Below are positions 16,301 to 33,300 of a DNA stretch of 64,000 bases, piece by piece. The notes under the pieces were generated by a model. The model was not told the origin of the DNA. It saw only the letters and a list, made by a program, of their open reading frames with translations, and made no database searches. How positions within the stretch are numbered: the stretch's first letter is position 1; the number at the start of each line of letters is the position of its first letter. A program made the translations under genes and the position numbers. The DNA is taken from contig CAXHJY010000738.1 of NCBI GenBank assembly GCA_964016885.1, positions 248,001 to 312,000 on the forward strand, written 5' to 3'. Source of the DNA: Eledone cirrhosa. Taxonomy: Eukaryota.

Positions 16301-19150
16301 GTAGGTATATTACAGTACAGTAGGTATATTACAGTACAGTAGATATATTGCAGTACAGTAGGTATATTACAATACAGTAGATAGATTACAGTACATTAGA
16401 TATATTACAGTACAGTAGATATATTACAGTACAATAGGTATATTACAGTACAGTAGGTATATTACAGTACAGTAGATATATTACAGTACAGTAGATATAT
16501 TACAGTACAGTAGGTATATTACAGTACAGTAGGTATATTACAGTACAGTAGGTATATTACAGTACAGTAGATATATTACAGTACAGTAGGTATAATACAG
16601 TACAGTAGGTATATTACAGTACAGTAGGTATATTACAGTACATTAGGTATATTACAGTACAGTAGTTATAATACAGTACAGTAGGTATATTACAGTACAG
16701 TAGATAGATTACAGTACAGTAGATAGATTACAGTACAGTAGATATATTACAGTACAGTAGGTATATTACAGTACAGTAGGTATATTACAGTACAGTAGGT
16801 ATAATACAGTACAGTAGGTATATTACAGTACAGTAGGTATATTACAGTACAGTAGGTATATTACAGTACAGTAGGTATATTACAGTACAGTAGGTATATT
16901 ACAGTACAGTAGGTATAATACAGTACAGTAGGTATATTACAGTACAGTAGGTATATTACAGTACAGTAGGTATATTACAGTACAGTAGGTATAATACAGT
17001 ACAGTAGATATATTACAGTACAGTAGATATATTACAGTACAGTAGGTATATTATAGTACAGTAGGTATATTACAGTACAGTAGGTATATTACAGTACAGT
17101 AGATATATTACAGTACAGTAGGTATATTATAGTACAGTAGGTATATTACAGTACAGTAGGTATATTACAGTACAGTAGGTATAATACAGTAAAGTAGGTA
17201 TATTACAGTACAGTAGGTATATTACACTACAGTAGGTATAATACAGTACAGTAGGTATATTACAGTACAGTAGGTATATTACAGTACAGTAGGTATGTTA
17301 CAGTACATTAGGTATATTACAGTACAGTAGGTATATTACAGTACAGTAGGTATATTACAGTACAGTAGGTATATTACAGTACAGTAGATATATTACAGTA
17401 CAGTAGGTATATTACAGTACAGTAGGTATATTACAGTACAGTAGATAGAGTACAGTACAGTAGATATATTACAGTACAGTAGGTATATTACAGTACAGTA
17501 GGTATAATATAGTACAGTAGGTATATTACAGTACAGTAGGTATATTACAGTACAGTAGGTATATTACAGTACAGTAGGTATATTACAGTACAGTAGGTAT
17601 ATTACAGTACAGTAGATATATTGCAGTACAGTAGGTATATTACAGTACAGTAGCGATAATACAGTACAGTAGATATGTTACAGTACAGTAGGTATATTAC
17701 AGTACAGTAGGTATATTACAGTACAGTAGGTATATTACAGTACAGTAGACATATTACAGTACAGTATGTATATTACAGTACAGTAGGTATATTACAGTAC
17801 AGTAGGTATATTACAGTACAGTAGGTATATTACAGTACAGTAGGTATATTACAGTACAGTAGATATATTACAGTACAGTAGGTATATTACAGTACAGTAG
17901 GTATATTAGAGTACAGTAGGTATATTACAGTACAGTAGGTATATTACAGTACAGTAGGTATATTACAGTACAGTAGGTATATTACAGTACAGTAGGTATA
18001 TTACAGTACAGTATATATATTACAGTACACTAGGTATATTACAGTACAGTAGGTATATTACAGTACAGTAGGTATATTACAGTACAGTAGATATATTACA
18101 GTACACTAGGTATATTACAGTACAGTAGGTATATTACAGTACAGTAGATATATTACAGTACAGTAGGTATAATACCATACAGTAGGTATATTACAGTACA
18201 GTAGGTATATTACAGTACAGTAGGTATAATACAGTACAGTAGATATATTACAGTACAGTAGGTATATTACACTACAGTAGGTATATTACAGTACAGTAAG
18301 TATATTAATGTGCAGTAGGTATAATACAGTACAGTAGGTATATTACAGTACAGTAGATATATTGCAGTACAGTAGATATATTACAGTACAGTAGGTATGT
18401 TACAGTACATTAGGTATATTACAGTACAGTAGGTATATTACAGTACAGTAGGTATATTACAGTACAGTAGGTATATTACAGTACAGTAGGTATGTTACAG
18501 TACAGTAGGTATATTACAGTACAGTAGGTATATTACAGTACAGTAGGTATATTACAGTACAGTAGATATATTACAGTACAGTAGGTATATTACAGTACAG
18601 TAGGTATATTACAGTACAGTAGATAGAGTACAGTACAGTAGATATATTACAGTACAGTAGGTATAATACAGTACAGTAGGTATATTACAGTACAGTAGGT
18701 ATATTACAGTACAGTAGGTATATTACAGTACAGTAGGTATATTACAGTACAGTAGGTATATTACAGTACAGTAGGTATATTACAGTACAGTAGATATATT
18801 GCAGTACAGTAGGTATATTACAATACAGTAGATAGATTACAGTACATTAGATATATTACAGTACAGTAGATATATTACAGTACAATAGGTATATTACAGT
18901 ACAGTAGGTATATTACAGTACAGTAGATATATTACAGTACAGTAGATATATTACAGTACAGTAGGTATATTACAGTACAGTAGGTATATTACAGTACAGT
19001 AGGTATATTACAGTACAGTAGATATATTACAGTACAGTAGGTATAATACAGTACAGTAGGTATATTACAGTACAGTAGGTATATTACAGTACATTAGGTA
19101 TATTACAGTACAGTAGTTATAATACAGTACAGTAGGTATATTACAGTACA
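14400..19150 (+). repeat. Tandem duplication, period ~2,451-2,470 bp (129-130 monomers)
   Basis: AAAGTAGGTA 14721/17191 (2470); ATATTAATGTGCAG 15851/18302 (2451); AATACAGTAGATAGATT 16371/18822 (2451). The variant order is the same, with a few private changes such as TAGCGATAAT at 17651. Confidence 0.85.
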
Positions 19151-20339
19151 GTAGGTATATTACAGTACAGTAGGTATATTACAGTACAGTAGGTATATTG
19201 CAGTACAGTAGGTATATTACAGTACAGTAGATATAATACAGTACAGTAGATATATTACAGTACAGTAGGTATATTACAGTACAGTTGGAATATTACAGTA
19301 CAGTAGGTATATTACAGTACAGTAGGTATATTACAGTACAGTAGGTATATTACAGTACACTAGGTATATTACAGTACAGTAGGTATATTACAGTACAGTA
19401 GATATATTACAGTACACTGGGTATATTACAGTACAGTAGGTATATTACAGTACACTAGATATATTACAGTACAGTAGGTATAATACCATACAGTAGGTAT
19501 ATTACAGTACAGTAGGAATATTACAGTACAGTAGGTATAATACAGTACAGTAGATATATTGCAGTACAGTAGGTATATTACACTACAGTAGGTATATTAC
19601 AGTACAGTAGGTATATTAAAGTACAGTAGGTATAATACAGTACAGTAGGTATATTACAGTACAGTAGGTATATTACAGTACAGTAGATATAATACAATAC
19701 AGTAGATATATTGCAGTACAGTAGGTATATTACTGTACAGTAGGTATATTACAGTACAGTAGATATATTACAGTACAGTAGTTATATTACAGTACAGTAG
19801 GTATATTACAGTACAGTAGGTATATTACAGTACAGTAGATATGTTACAGTACAGTAGATATATTACAGTACAGTAGGTATAATACAGTACAGTAGGTATA
19901 TTACAGTACAGTAGGTATATTACAGTACAGTAGGTATATTACAGTACAGTAGGTATATTACACTACAGTAGGTATATTACAGTACAGTATGTATATTAAA
20001 GTACAGTAGGTATAATACAGTACAGTAGGTATATTACAGTACGGTAGGTATATTACAGTACAGTAGATATATTACAGTACAGTAGATATAATACAGTACA
20101 GTAGATATATTACAGTACAGTAGGTATATTACAGTACAGTAGGTATATTACAGTACAGTAGGTATATTACAGTACAGTAGGTATATTACAGTACAGTAGG
20201 TATATTACAGTACAGTAGGTATATTACAGTACAGTAGGTATATTACAGTACAGTAGATATATTACAGTACAGTAGGTATATTACAGTACAGTAGATATAT
20301 TACAGTACAGTAGGTATATTACAGTACAGTAGGTATATT

Positions 20340-20930
20340 ACAGTACAGTAGATATATTACAGTACAGTAGGTATAATACAGTACAGTAGGTATATTACAG
20401 TACAGTAGGTATATTACACTAAAGTAGATATATTACAGTACAGTAGGTATATTACAGTACAGTAGGTATAATACCATACAGTAGGTATATTACAGTACAG
20501 TAGGTATATTACAGTACAGTAGGTATAATACAGTACAGTAGATATATTACAGTCAGTAGGTATATTACAGTACACTAGGTATATTACAGTACAGTAGGTA
20601 TATTACAGTACAGTAGATATATTACAGTACAGTAGATATATTACAGTACAGTAGATATATTACAGTACAGTAGGTATATTACAGTACAGTAGATAGATTA
20701 CAGTACAGTAGATATATTACAGTACAGTAGGTATAATACAGTACAGTAGGTATATTACAGTACAGTAGGTATATTACACTAAAGTAGATATATTACAGTA
20801 CAGTAGGTATATTACAGTACAGTAGGTATAATACCATACAGTAGGTATATTACAGTACAGTAGGTATATTACAGTACAGTAGGTATAATACAGTACAGTA
20901 GATATATTACAGTCAGTAGGTATATTACAG
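20340..20930 (+). repeat. Local tandem duplication, period 360 bp (19 monomers, one with a 1-bp deletion)
   Basis: CACTAAAGTAGATA 20417/20777; ATACCATACA 20471/20831; 18-bp unit AGTCAGTAGG 20551/20911. Confidence 0.85.
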
Positions 20931-23900
20931 TACAGCAGGTATATTACATTACAGTAGGTATATTACAGTACAGTAGGTATATTACAGTACAGTAGATAGA
21001 TTACAGTACAGTAGATAGATTACACTACAGTAGGTATATTACAGTACAGTAGATAGATTACAGTACAGTAGATATATTACAGTACAGTAGGTATATTACA
21101 GTACAGTAGGTATATTACAGTACAGTAGATATATTACAGTACAGTAGGTATATTACAGTACAGTAGGTATATTACAGTACAGTAGGTATATTACAGTACA
21201 GTAGGTATATTACAGTACAGTAGGTATAATACAGTACAGTAGGTATATTACAGTACAGTAGGTATATTACAGTACAGTAGGTATAATACAGTACAGTAGG
21301 TATAATACAGTACAGTAGGTATAATACAGTACAGTAGGTATATTACAGTACAGTAGGTATATTACAGTACAGTAGGTATGTTACAGTACAGTAGGTATAT
21401 TACAGTACAGTTGGTATATTACAGTACAGTAGATATATTACAGTACAGTAGGTATATTACAGTACAGTAGATATATTACAGTACAGTAGGTATATTACAG
21501 TACAGTAGGTATATTACAGTACAGTAGATAGAGTACAGTACAGTAGATATATTACAGTACAGTAGGTATATTACAGTACAGTAGGTATATTACAGTACAG
21601 TATGTATATTACAGTACAGTAGGTATATTACAGTACAGTAGGTATATTACAGTACAGTAGATATATTACAGTACAATAGGTATATTACAGTACAGTAGGT
21701 ATATTACAGTACAGTAGGTATAATACAGTACAGTAGGTATATTACAGTATAGTAGGTATATTACAGTACAGTAGGTATATTACAGTACAGCAGGTATATT
21801 ACATTACAGTAGGTATATTACAGTACAGTAGGTATATTACAGTACAGTAGGTATATTACAGTACAGTAGGTATATTACAGTACAGTAGGTATATTACAGT
21901 ACAGTAGGTATATTACAGTACAGTAGATATATTACAGTACAATAGGTATATTACAGTACAGTAGGTATATTACAGTACAGTAGGTATATTACAGTACAGT
22001 AGGTATATTACAGTACAGTAGATATATTACAGTACAGTAGATATATTACAGTACAGTAGAGAGATTACAGTACAGTAGATATATTACAGTACAGTAGGTA
22101 TATTACAGTACAGTAGGTATAATACAGTAAAGTAGGTATATTACAGTACAGAAGGTATATTACACTACAGTAGGTATAATACAGTACAGTAGGTATATTA
22201 CAGTACAATAGGTATATTACAGTACAGTAGGTATGTTACAGTACAGTAGGTATATTACAGTACAGTAGGTATATTACAGTACAGTAGGTATATTACAGTA
22301 CAGTAGGTATATTACAGTACAGTAGATATATTACAGTACAGTAGGTATATTACAGTACAGTAGGTATATTACAGTACAGTAGATAGAGTATAGTACAGTA
22401 GATATATTACAGTACAGTAGGTATATTACAGTACAGTAGGTATAATACAGTACAGTAGGTATATTACAGTACAGTAGGTTTATTACAGTACAGTAGGTAT
22501 ATTACAGTACAGTAGGTATATTACAGTACAGTAGGTATATTACAGTACAGTAGATATATTGCAGTACAGTAGGTATATTACAGTAAAGTAGATAGATTAC
22601 AGTACATTAGATATATTACAGTACAGTAGATATATTACAGTACAGTAGGTATGTTACAGTACATTAGGTATATTACAGTACAGTAGGTATATTACAGTAC
22701 AGTAGATATATTACAGTACAGTAGGTATAATACCATACAGTAGGTATATTACAGTACAGTAGGTATATTACAGTACAGTAGGTATAATACAGTACAGTAG
22801 ATATATTACAGTACTGTAGGTATATTACACTACAGTAGGTATATTACAGTACAGTAGGTATATTAAAGTACAGTAGGTATAATACAGTACAGTAGGTATA
22901 TTACAGTACAGTAGGTATATTACAGTACAGTAGATATAATACAGTACAGTAGATATATTACAGTACAGTAGGTATATTACAGTACAGTAGGTATATTACA
23001 GTACAGTAGGTATAATACAGTACAGTAGGTATATTACAGTATAGTAGGTATATTACAGTACAGTAGGTATATTACAGTACAGCAGGTATATTACAGTACA
23101 GTAGGTATATTACAGTACAGTAGGTATATTACAGTACAGTAGGTATATTACAGTACAGTAGGTATATTACAGTACAGTAGGTATAATAAAGTACAGTAGG
23201 TATAATACAGTACAGTAGGTATATTACAGTACAGTAGGTATATTACAGTACAGTAGGTATATTACAGTACAGTAGATATATTACAGTACAGTAGATATAT
23301 TACAGTACAGTAGATAGATTACAGTACAGTAGATATATTACAGTACACTAGGTATATTACAGTACAGTAGATATATTACAGTACAGTAGGTATATTATAG
23401 TACAGTAGGTATATTACAGTACAGTAGGTATATTACAGTACAGTAGGTATAATACAGTAAAGTAGGTATATTACAGTACAGTAGGTATATTACACTACAG
23501 TAGGTATAATACAGTACAGTAGGTATATTACAGTACAGTAGGTATATTACAGTACAGTAGGTATGTTACAGTACATTAGGTATATTACAGTACAGTAGGT
23601 ATATTACAGTACAGTAGATATATTACAGTACAGTAGGTATATTACAGTACAGTAGGTATATTACAGTACAGTAGATAGAGTACAGTACAGTAGATATATT
23701 ACAGTACAGTAGGTATATTACAGTACAGTAGGTATAATACAGTACAGTAGGTATATTACAGTACAGTAGGTATATTACAGTACAGTAGGTATATTACAGT
23801 ACAGTAGGTATATTACAGTACAGTAGGTATATTACAGTACAGTAGATATATTGCAGTACAGTAGGTATATTACAGTACAGTAGGTATATTACAGTACAGT

Positions 23901-26900
23901 AGGTATATTACAGTACAGTAGACATATTACAGTACAGTATGTATATTACAGTACAGTAGTTATATTACAGTACAGTAGGTATATTACAGTACAGTAGGTA
24001 TATTACAGTACAGTAGGTATATTACAGTACAGTAGATATATTACAGTACAGTAGGTATATTACAGTACAGTAGGTATATTAGAGTACAGTAGGTATATTA
24101 CAGTACAGTAGGTATATTACAGTACAGTAGGTATATTACAGTACAGTAGGTATATTACAGTACAGTAGGTATATTACAGTACAGTAGGTATATTACAGTA
24201 CAGTAGGGATAATACAGTACAGTAGATATGTTACAGTACAGTAGGTATATTACAGTACAGTAGGTATATTACAGTACAGTAGGTATATTACAGTACAGTA
24301 GACATATTACAGTACAGTATGTATATTACAGTACAGTAGTTATATTACAGTACAGTAGGTATATTACAGTACAGTAGGTATATTACAGTACAGTAGGTAT
24401 ATTACAGTACAGTAGATATATTACAGTACAGTAGGTATATTACAGTACAGTAGGTATATTAGAGTACAGTAGGTATATTACAGTACAGTAGGTATATTAC
24501 AGTACAGTAGGTATATTACAGTACAGTAGGTATAATACAGTACAGTAGGTATATTACAGTACAGTAGGTATATTACAGTACAGTAGGTATATTACAGTAC
24601 AGTGGGTATATTACAGTATAGTAGGTATATTACAGTACAGTATATATATTACAGTACACTAGGTATATTACAGTACAGTAGGTATATTACAGTACAGTAG
24701 ATATATTACAGTACACTAGGTATATTACAGTACAGTAGGTATATTACAGTACAGTAGATATATTACAGTACAGTAGGTATAATACCATACAGTAGGTATA
24801 TTACAGTACAGTAGGTATATTACAGTACAATAGGTATAATACAGTACAGTAGATATATTACAGTACAGTAGGTATATTACACTACAGTAGGTATATTACA
24901 GTACAGTAAGTATATTAATGTGCAGTAGGTATAATACAGTACAGTATGTATATTACAGTACAGTAGATATATTGCAGTACAGTAGATATATTACAGTACA
25001 GTAGGTATGTTACAGTACATTAGGTATATTACAGTACAGTAGGTATATTACAGTACAGTAGGTATATTACAGTACAGTAGGTATGTTACAGTACAGTAGG
25101 TATATTACAGTACAGTAGGTATATTACAGTACAGTAGGTATAATACAGTACAGTAGGTATATTACAGTACAGTAGATATATTACAGTACAATAGGTATAT
25201 TACAGTACAGTAGGTATATTACAGTACAGTAGATATATTACAGTACAGTAGGTATATTACAGTACAGTAGATATATTACAGTACAGTAGATATTTTACAG
25301 TACAGTAGGTATATTACAGTACAGTAGGTATATTACAGTACAGTAGGTATATTACAGTACAGTAGATATATTACAGTACAGTAGGTATAATACAGTACAG
25401 TAGGTATATTACAGTACAGTAGGTATATTACAGTACATTAGGTATATTACAGTACAGTAGTTATAATATAGTACACTAGGTATATTACAGTACAGTAGGT
25501 ATATTACAGTACAGTAGGTATATTACAGTACAGTAGGTATATTGCAGTACAGTAGGTATATTACAGTACAGTAGATATAATACAGTACAGTAGATATATT
25601 ACAGTACAGTAGGTATATTACAGTACAGTTGGAATGTTACAGTACAGTAGGTATATTACAGTACAGTAGGTATATTACAGTACAGTAGGTATATTACAGT
25701 ACACTAGGTATATTACAGTACAGTAGGTATATTACAGTACAGTAGATATATTACAGTACACTGGGTATATTACAGTACAGTAGGTATATTACAGTACAGT
25801 AGATATATTACAGTACAGTAGGTATAATACCATACAGTAGGTATATTACAGTACAGTAGGTATATTACAGTACAGTAGGTATAATACAGTACAGTAGATA
25901 TATTGCAGTACAGTAGGTATATTACACTACAGTAGGTATATTACAGTACAGTAGGTATATTAAAGTACAGTAGGTATAATACAGTACAGTAGGTATATTA
26001 CAGTACAGTAGGTATATTACAGTACAGTAGATATAATACAATACAGTAGATATATTGCAGTACAGTAGGTATATTACTGTACAGTAGGTATATTACAATA
26101 CAGTAGATATATTACAGTACAGTAGTTATATTACAGTACAGTAGGTATATTACAGTACAGTAGGTATATTACAGTACAGTAGATATGTTACAGTACAGTA
26201 GATATATTACAGTACAGTAGGTATAATACAGTACAGTAGGTATATTACAGTACAGTAGGTATATTACAGTACAGTAGGTATATTACAGTACAGTAGTTAT
26301 ATTACACTACAGTAGGTATATTACAGTACAGTAGGTATATTAAAGTACAGTAGGTATAATACAGTACAGTAGGTATATTACAGTACGGTAGGTATATTAC
26401 AGTACAGTAGATATATTACAGTACAGTAGATATAATACAGTACAGTAGATATATTACAGTACAGTAGGTATATTACAGTACAGTAGGTATATTACAGTAC
26501 AGTAGGTATATTACAGTACAGTAGGTATATTACAGTACAGTAGGTATATTATAGTACAGTAGATATATTACAGTACAGTAGGTATATTACAGTACAGTAG
26601 GTATATTACAGTACAGTAGATATATTACAGTACAGTAGGTATAATACAGTAAAGTAGGTATATTACAGTACAGTAGGTATATTACAGTACAGTAGGTATA
26701 ATACAGTACAGTAGGTATATTACAGTACAGTAGGTATATTACAGTACAATAGGTATGTTACAGTACAGTAGGTATATTACAGTACAGTAGGTATATTACA
26801 GTACAGTAGGTATATTACAGTACAGTAGGTATATTACAGTACAGTAGGTATATTACAGTACAGTAGGTATATTACAGTACAGTAGATAGAGAACAGTACA

Positions 26901-28999
26901 GTAGATAGAGAACAGTACAGTAGGTATATTACAGTACAGTAGGTATATTACAGTAGGTATATTACAGTACAGTAGGTATATTACAGTACAGTACGTATAT
27001 TACAGTACAGTAGGTATATTACAGTACAGTAGATATATTACAGTACAGTAGATATATTACAGTACAGTAGATATATTACAGTACAGTAGGTATATTACAG
27101 TACAGTAGATATATTACAGTACAGTAGATATATTACAGTACAGTAGATATATTACAGTACAGTAGATATATTACAGTACAGTAGGTATATTACAGTACAG
27201 TAGATAGATTACAGTACAGTAGATATATTACAGTACAGTAGGTATAATACAGTACAGTAGGTATATTACAGTACACTAGGTATATTACACTAAAGTAGAT
27301 ATATTACAGTACAGTAGGTATATTACAGTACAGTAGGTATAATACCATACAGTAGGTATATTACAGTACAGTAGGTATATTACAGTACAGTAGGTATAAT
27401 ACAGTACAGTAGATATATTACAGTCAGTAGGTATATTACAGTACAGTAGGTATATTACAGTACAGTAGATATATTACAGTACAGTAGATATATTACAGTA
27501 CAGTAGATATATTACAGTACAGTAGGTATATTACAGTACAGTAGATAGATTACAGTACAGTAGATAGATTACAGTACAGTAGGTATATTACAGTACAGTA
27601 GATAGATTACAGTACAGTAGATATATTACAGTACAGTAGGTATATTACAGTACAGTAGGTATATTACAGTACAGTAGATGTATTACAGTACAGTAGGTAT
27701 ATTACAGTACAGTAGGTATATTACAGTACAGTAGGTATATTACAGTACAGTAGGTATATTACAGTACAGTAGGTATAATACAGTACAGTAGGTATATTAC
27801 AGTACAGTAGGTATATTACAGTACAGTAGGTATAATACAGTACAGTAGGTATAATACAGTACAGTAGGTATAATACAGTACAGTAGGTATATTACAGTAC
27901 AGTAGGTATATTACAGTACAGTAGGTATGTTACAGTACAGTAGGTATATTACAGTACAGTTGGTATATTACAGTACAGTAGGTATATTACAGTACAGTAG
28001 GTATATTACAGTACAGTAGATATATTACAGTACAGTAGGTATATTACAGTACAGTAGGTATATTACAGTACAGTAGATAGAGTACAGTACAGTAGATATA
28101 TTACAGTACAGTAGGTATATTACAGTACAGTAGGTATATTACAGTACAGTATGTATATTACAGTACAGTAGGTATATTACAGTACAGTAGGTATATTACA
28201 GTACAGTAGGTATATTACAGTACAGTAGGTATATTACAGTGCAGTAGATATATTACAGTACAATAGGTATATTACAGTACAGTAGGTATATTACAGTACA
28301 GTAGGTATATTACAGTACAGTAGGTATATTACAGTACAGTAGATATATTACAGTACAGTAGGTATATTACAGTACAGTAGGTATAATACAGTAAAGTAGG
28401 TATATTACAGTACAGAAGGTATATTACACTACAGTAGGTATAATACAGTACAGTAGGTATATTACAGTACAATAGGTATGTTACAGTACAGTAGGTATGT
28501 TACAGTACAGTAGGTATATTACAGTACAGTAGGTATATTACAGTACAGTAGGTATATTACAGTACAGTAGGTATATTACAGTACAGTAGATATATTACAG
28601 TACAGTAGGTATATTACAGTACAGTAGGTATATTACAGTACAGTAGATAGAGTACAGTACAGTAGATATATTACAGTACAGTAGGTATATTACAGTACAG
28701 TAGGTATAATACAGTACAGTAGGTATATTACAGTACAGTAGGTTTATTACAGTACAGTAGGTATATTACAGTACAGTAGGTATATTACAATACAGTAGGT
28801 ATATTACAGTACAGTAGATATATTGCAGTACAGTAGGTATATTACAGTAAAGTAGATAGATTACAGTACATTAGATATATTACAGTACAGTAGATATATT
28901 ACAGTACAATAGGTATATTACAGTACAGTAGGTATATTACAGTACAGTAGATATATTACAGTACAGTAGGTATATTACAGTACAGTAGATATATTACAG

Positions 29000-30350
29000 T
29001 ACAGTAGGTATATTACAGTACAGTCGATATAATACAGTACAGTAGGTATATTACAGTACAGTAGGTATATTACAGTACAGTCGATATAATACAGTACAGT
29101 AGATATATTACAGTACAGTAGGTATATTACAGTACAGTTGGTATATTACAGTACAGTAGGTATATTACAGTACAGTAGGTATATTACAGTACAGTAGGTA
29201 TATTACAGTACAGTAGGTATATTACAGTACACTAGGTATATTACAGTACAGTAGGTATATTACAGTACAGTAGATATATTACAGTACAGTAGGTATAATA
29301 CCATACAGTAGGTATATTACAGTACAGTAGGTATATTACAGTACAGTAGGTATAATACAGTACAGTAGATATATTACAGTACAGTAGGTATATTACACTA
29401 CAGTAGGTATATTACAGTACAGTAGGTATATTAAAGTACAGTAGGTATAATACAGTACAGTAGGTATATTACAGTACAGTAGGTATATTACAGTACAGTA
29501 GATATAATACAGTACAGTAGATATATTACAGTACAGTAGGTATATTACAGTACAGTAGGTATATTACAGTACAGTAGGTATAATACAGTACAGTAGGTAT
29601 ATTACAGTACAGTAGGTATATTACAGTACAGTAGGTATATTACAGTACAGTAGGTATATTACAGTACAGTAGATAGATTACAGTACAGTAGGTATATTAC
29701 AGTACAGTCGATATAATACAGTACAGTAGGTATATTACAGTACAGTAGCTATATTACAGTACAGTCGATATAATACAGTACAGTAGATATATTACAGTAC
29801 AGTAGGTATATTACAGTACAGTTGGTATATTACAGTACAGTAGGTATATTACAGTACGGTAGGTATATTACAGTACAGTAGGTATATTACAGTACAGTAG
29901 GTATATTACAGTACACTAGGTATATTACAGTACAGTAGGTATATTACAGTACAGTAAATATATAACAGTACAGTAGGTATAATACCATACAGTAGGTATA
30001 TTACAGTACAGTAGGTATATTACAGTACAGTAGGTATAATACAGTACAGTAGATATATTACAGTACAGTAGGTATATTACACTACAGTAGGTATATTGCA
30101 GTACAGTAGGTATATTAAAGTACAGTAGGTATAATACAGTACAGTAGGTATATTACAGTACAGTAGGTATATTACAGTACAGTAGATATAATACAGTACA
30201 GTAGATATATTACAGTACAGTAGGTATATTACAGTACAGTAGGTATATTACAGTACAGTAGGTATAATACAGTACAGTAGGTATATTACAGTACAGTAGG
30301 TATATTACAGTACAGTAGGTATATTACAGTACAGTAGGTATATTACAGTA
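29000..30350 (+). repeat. Local tandem duplication, period 684 bp (36 monomers), marked by TCGA variants
   Basis: TCGATATAAT at 29024 and 29081 recurs at 29708 and 29765. It is followed in both copies by TTGG, CACTAGG, ATACCATAC, CACTAC and TTAAAG variants in the same order. Confidence 0.85.
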
Positions 30351-33300
30351 CAGTAGGTATATTACAGTACAGTAGGTATATTACAGTACAGTAGGTATAT
30401 TACAGTACAGTAGATAGATTACAGTACAGTAGGTATATTACAGTACAGTAGGTATATTATAGTACAGTAGATATATTACAGTACAGTAGGTATATTACAG
30501 TACAGTAGATATATTACAGTACAGTAGATATATTACAGTACAGTAGGTATATTACAGTACAGTAGGTATATTAAAGTACATTAGGTATATTACAGTACAG
30601 TAGGTATAATACAGTACAGTAGATATATTACAGTACAGTAGGTATATTACAGTACAGTAGGTATATTACAGTACAGTGGATATATTACAGTACAGTAGGT
30701 ATAATACAGTAAAGTAGGTATATTACAGTACAGTAGGTATATTACAGTACAGTAGGTATAATACAGTTCAGTAGGTATATTACAGTACAGTAGGTATATT
30801 ACAGTACAGTAGGTATGTTACAGTACAGTAGGTATATTACAGTACAGTAGGTATATTACAGTACAGTAGGTATATTACAGTACAGTAGGTATATTACAGT
30901 ACAGTAGATATATTACAGTACAGTAGGTATATTACAGTACAGTAGATTTATTACAGTACAGTAGATAGAGTACAGTACAGTAGATATATTACAGTACAGT
31001 AGGTGTATTACAGTACAGTAGGTATATTACAGTACAATAGGTATATTACAGTACAGTAGGTATATTACAGTACAGTAGGTATATTACAGTACAGTAGATA
31101 TATTACAGTACAGTAGGTATATTACAGTACAGTAGATAGATTACAGTACAGTAGATATATTACAGTACAGTAGATATATTACAGTACAGTAGGTATATTA
31201 CAGTACAGTAGATATATTACAGTACAGTAGGTATATTACAGTACAGTAGATATATTACAGTACAGTAGGTATATTACAGTGCAGTAGGTATATTACAGTA
31301 CAGTAGGTATATTACAGTACAGTAGATATATTACAGTACAGTAGGTATAATACAGTACAGTAGGTATATTACAGTACAGTAGGTATATTACAGTACAGTA
31401 GGTATATTACAGTACACTAGTTATAATACAGTACAGTAGGTATATTACAGTACAGTAGTTATAATACAGTACAGTAGGTATATTACAGTACAGTAGGTAT
31501 ATTACAGTACAGTAGGTATATTACAGTACAGTAGGTATATTACAGTACAGTAGGTATATTACAGTACAGTAGATATAATACAATACAGTAGATATATTAC
31601 AGTACAGTAGGTATATTACAGTACAGTAGGTATATTACAGTACAATAGGTATATTACAGTACAGTAGGTATATTACACTACAGTAGATATATTACAGTAC
31701 AGTAGGTATATTACAGTACAGTAGGTATAATACCATACAGTAGGTATATTACAGTACAGTATGTATATTACAGTACAGTAGGTATAATACAGTACAGTAG
31801 ATATATTACAGTACAGTAGGTATATTACAGTACAGTAGGTATATTACAGTACGGTAGATATATTACAGTACAGTAGATATATTACAGTACAGTAGGTATA
31901 TTACAGTACAGTAGATAGATTACAGTACAGTAGATAGATTACAGTACAGTAGGTATATTACAGTACAGTAGATAGATTACAGTACAGTAGATATATTACA
32001 GTACAGTAGGTATATTACACTACAGTAGGTATATTACAGTACAGTAGGTATATTACAGTACAGTAGATATATTACAGTACAGTAGGTATATTACAGTACA
32101 GTATGTATATTACAGTACAGCAGGTATATTACAGTACAGTAGGTATATTACAGTACAGTAGGTATAATACAGTACAGTAGGTATATTACAGTACAGTAGG
32201 TATATTACAGTACAGTAGGTATATTACAGTACAGTAGGTATAATACAGTACAGTAGGTATAATACAGTACAGTACGTATATTACAGTACTGTAGGTATAT
32301 TACAGTACAGTAGGTATATTACAGTACAGTAGATATATTACAGTACAGAAGATATATTACAGTACAGTAGATAGATTACAGTACAGTAGATATATTACAG
32401 TACAGTAGGTATATTACAGTACAGTAGATATATTACAGTACAGTAGGTATATTATAGTACAGTAGGTATATTACAGTACAGTAGGTATATTACAGTACAG
32501 TAGGTATAATACAGTAAAGTAGGTATATTACAGTACAGTAGGTATATTACACTACAATAGGTATAATACAGTACAGTAGGTATATTACAGTACAGTAGGT
32601 ATATTACAGTACAGTAGGTATGTTACAGTACATTAGGTATATTACAGTACAGTAGGTATATTACAGTACAGTAGGTATATTACAGTACAGTAAGTATATT
32701 ACAGTACAGTAGATATATTACAGTACAGTAGGTATATTACAGTACACTAGGTATATTACAGTACAGTAGGTATATTACAGTACAGTAGATATATTGCAGT
32801 ACAGTAGGTATATTACTGTACAGTAGGGATAATACAGTACAGTAGATATGTTACAGTACAGTAGGTATATTACAGTACAGTAGGTATATTACAGTACAGT
32901 AGGTATATTACAGTACAGTAGACATATTACAGTACAGTATGTATATTACAGTACAGTAGGTATATTACAGTACAGTAGGTATATTACAGTACAGTAGGTA
33001 TATTACAGTACAGTAGGTATATTACAGTACAGTAGATATATTACAGTACAGTAGATATATTAGAGTACAGTAGGTATATTAGAGTACAGTAGGTATATTA
33101 CAGTACAGTAGGTATATTACAGTACAGTAGGTATATTACAGTACAGTAGATATATTACAGTACAGTAGGTATATTAAAGTACAGTAGGTATAATACAGTA
33201 CAGTAGGTATATTACAGTACAGTAGGTATATTACAGTACAGTAGTTATATTACAGTACAGTAGGTATAATACAGTACAGTAGGTATATTACAGTACAGTA

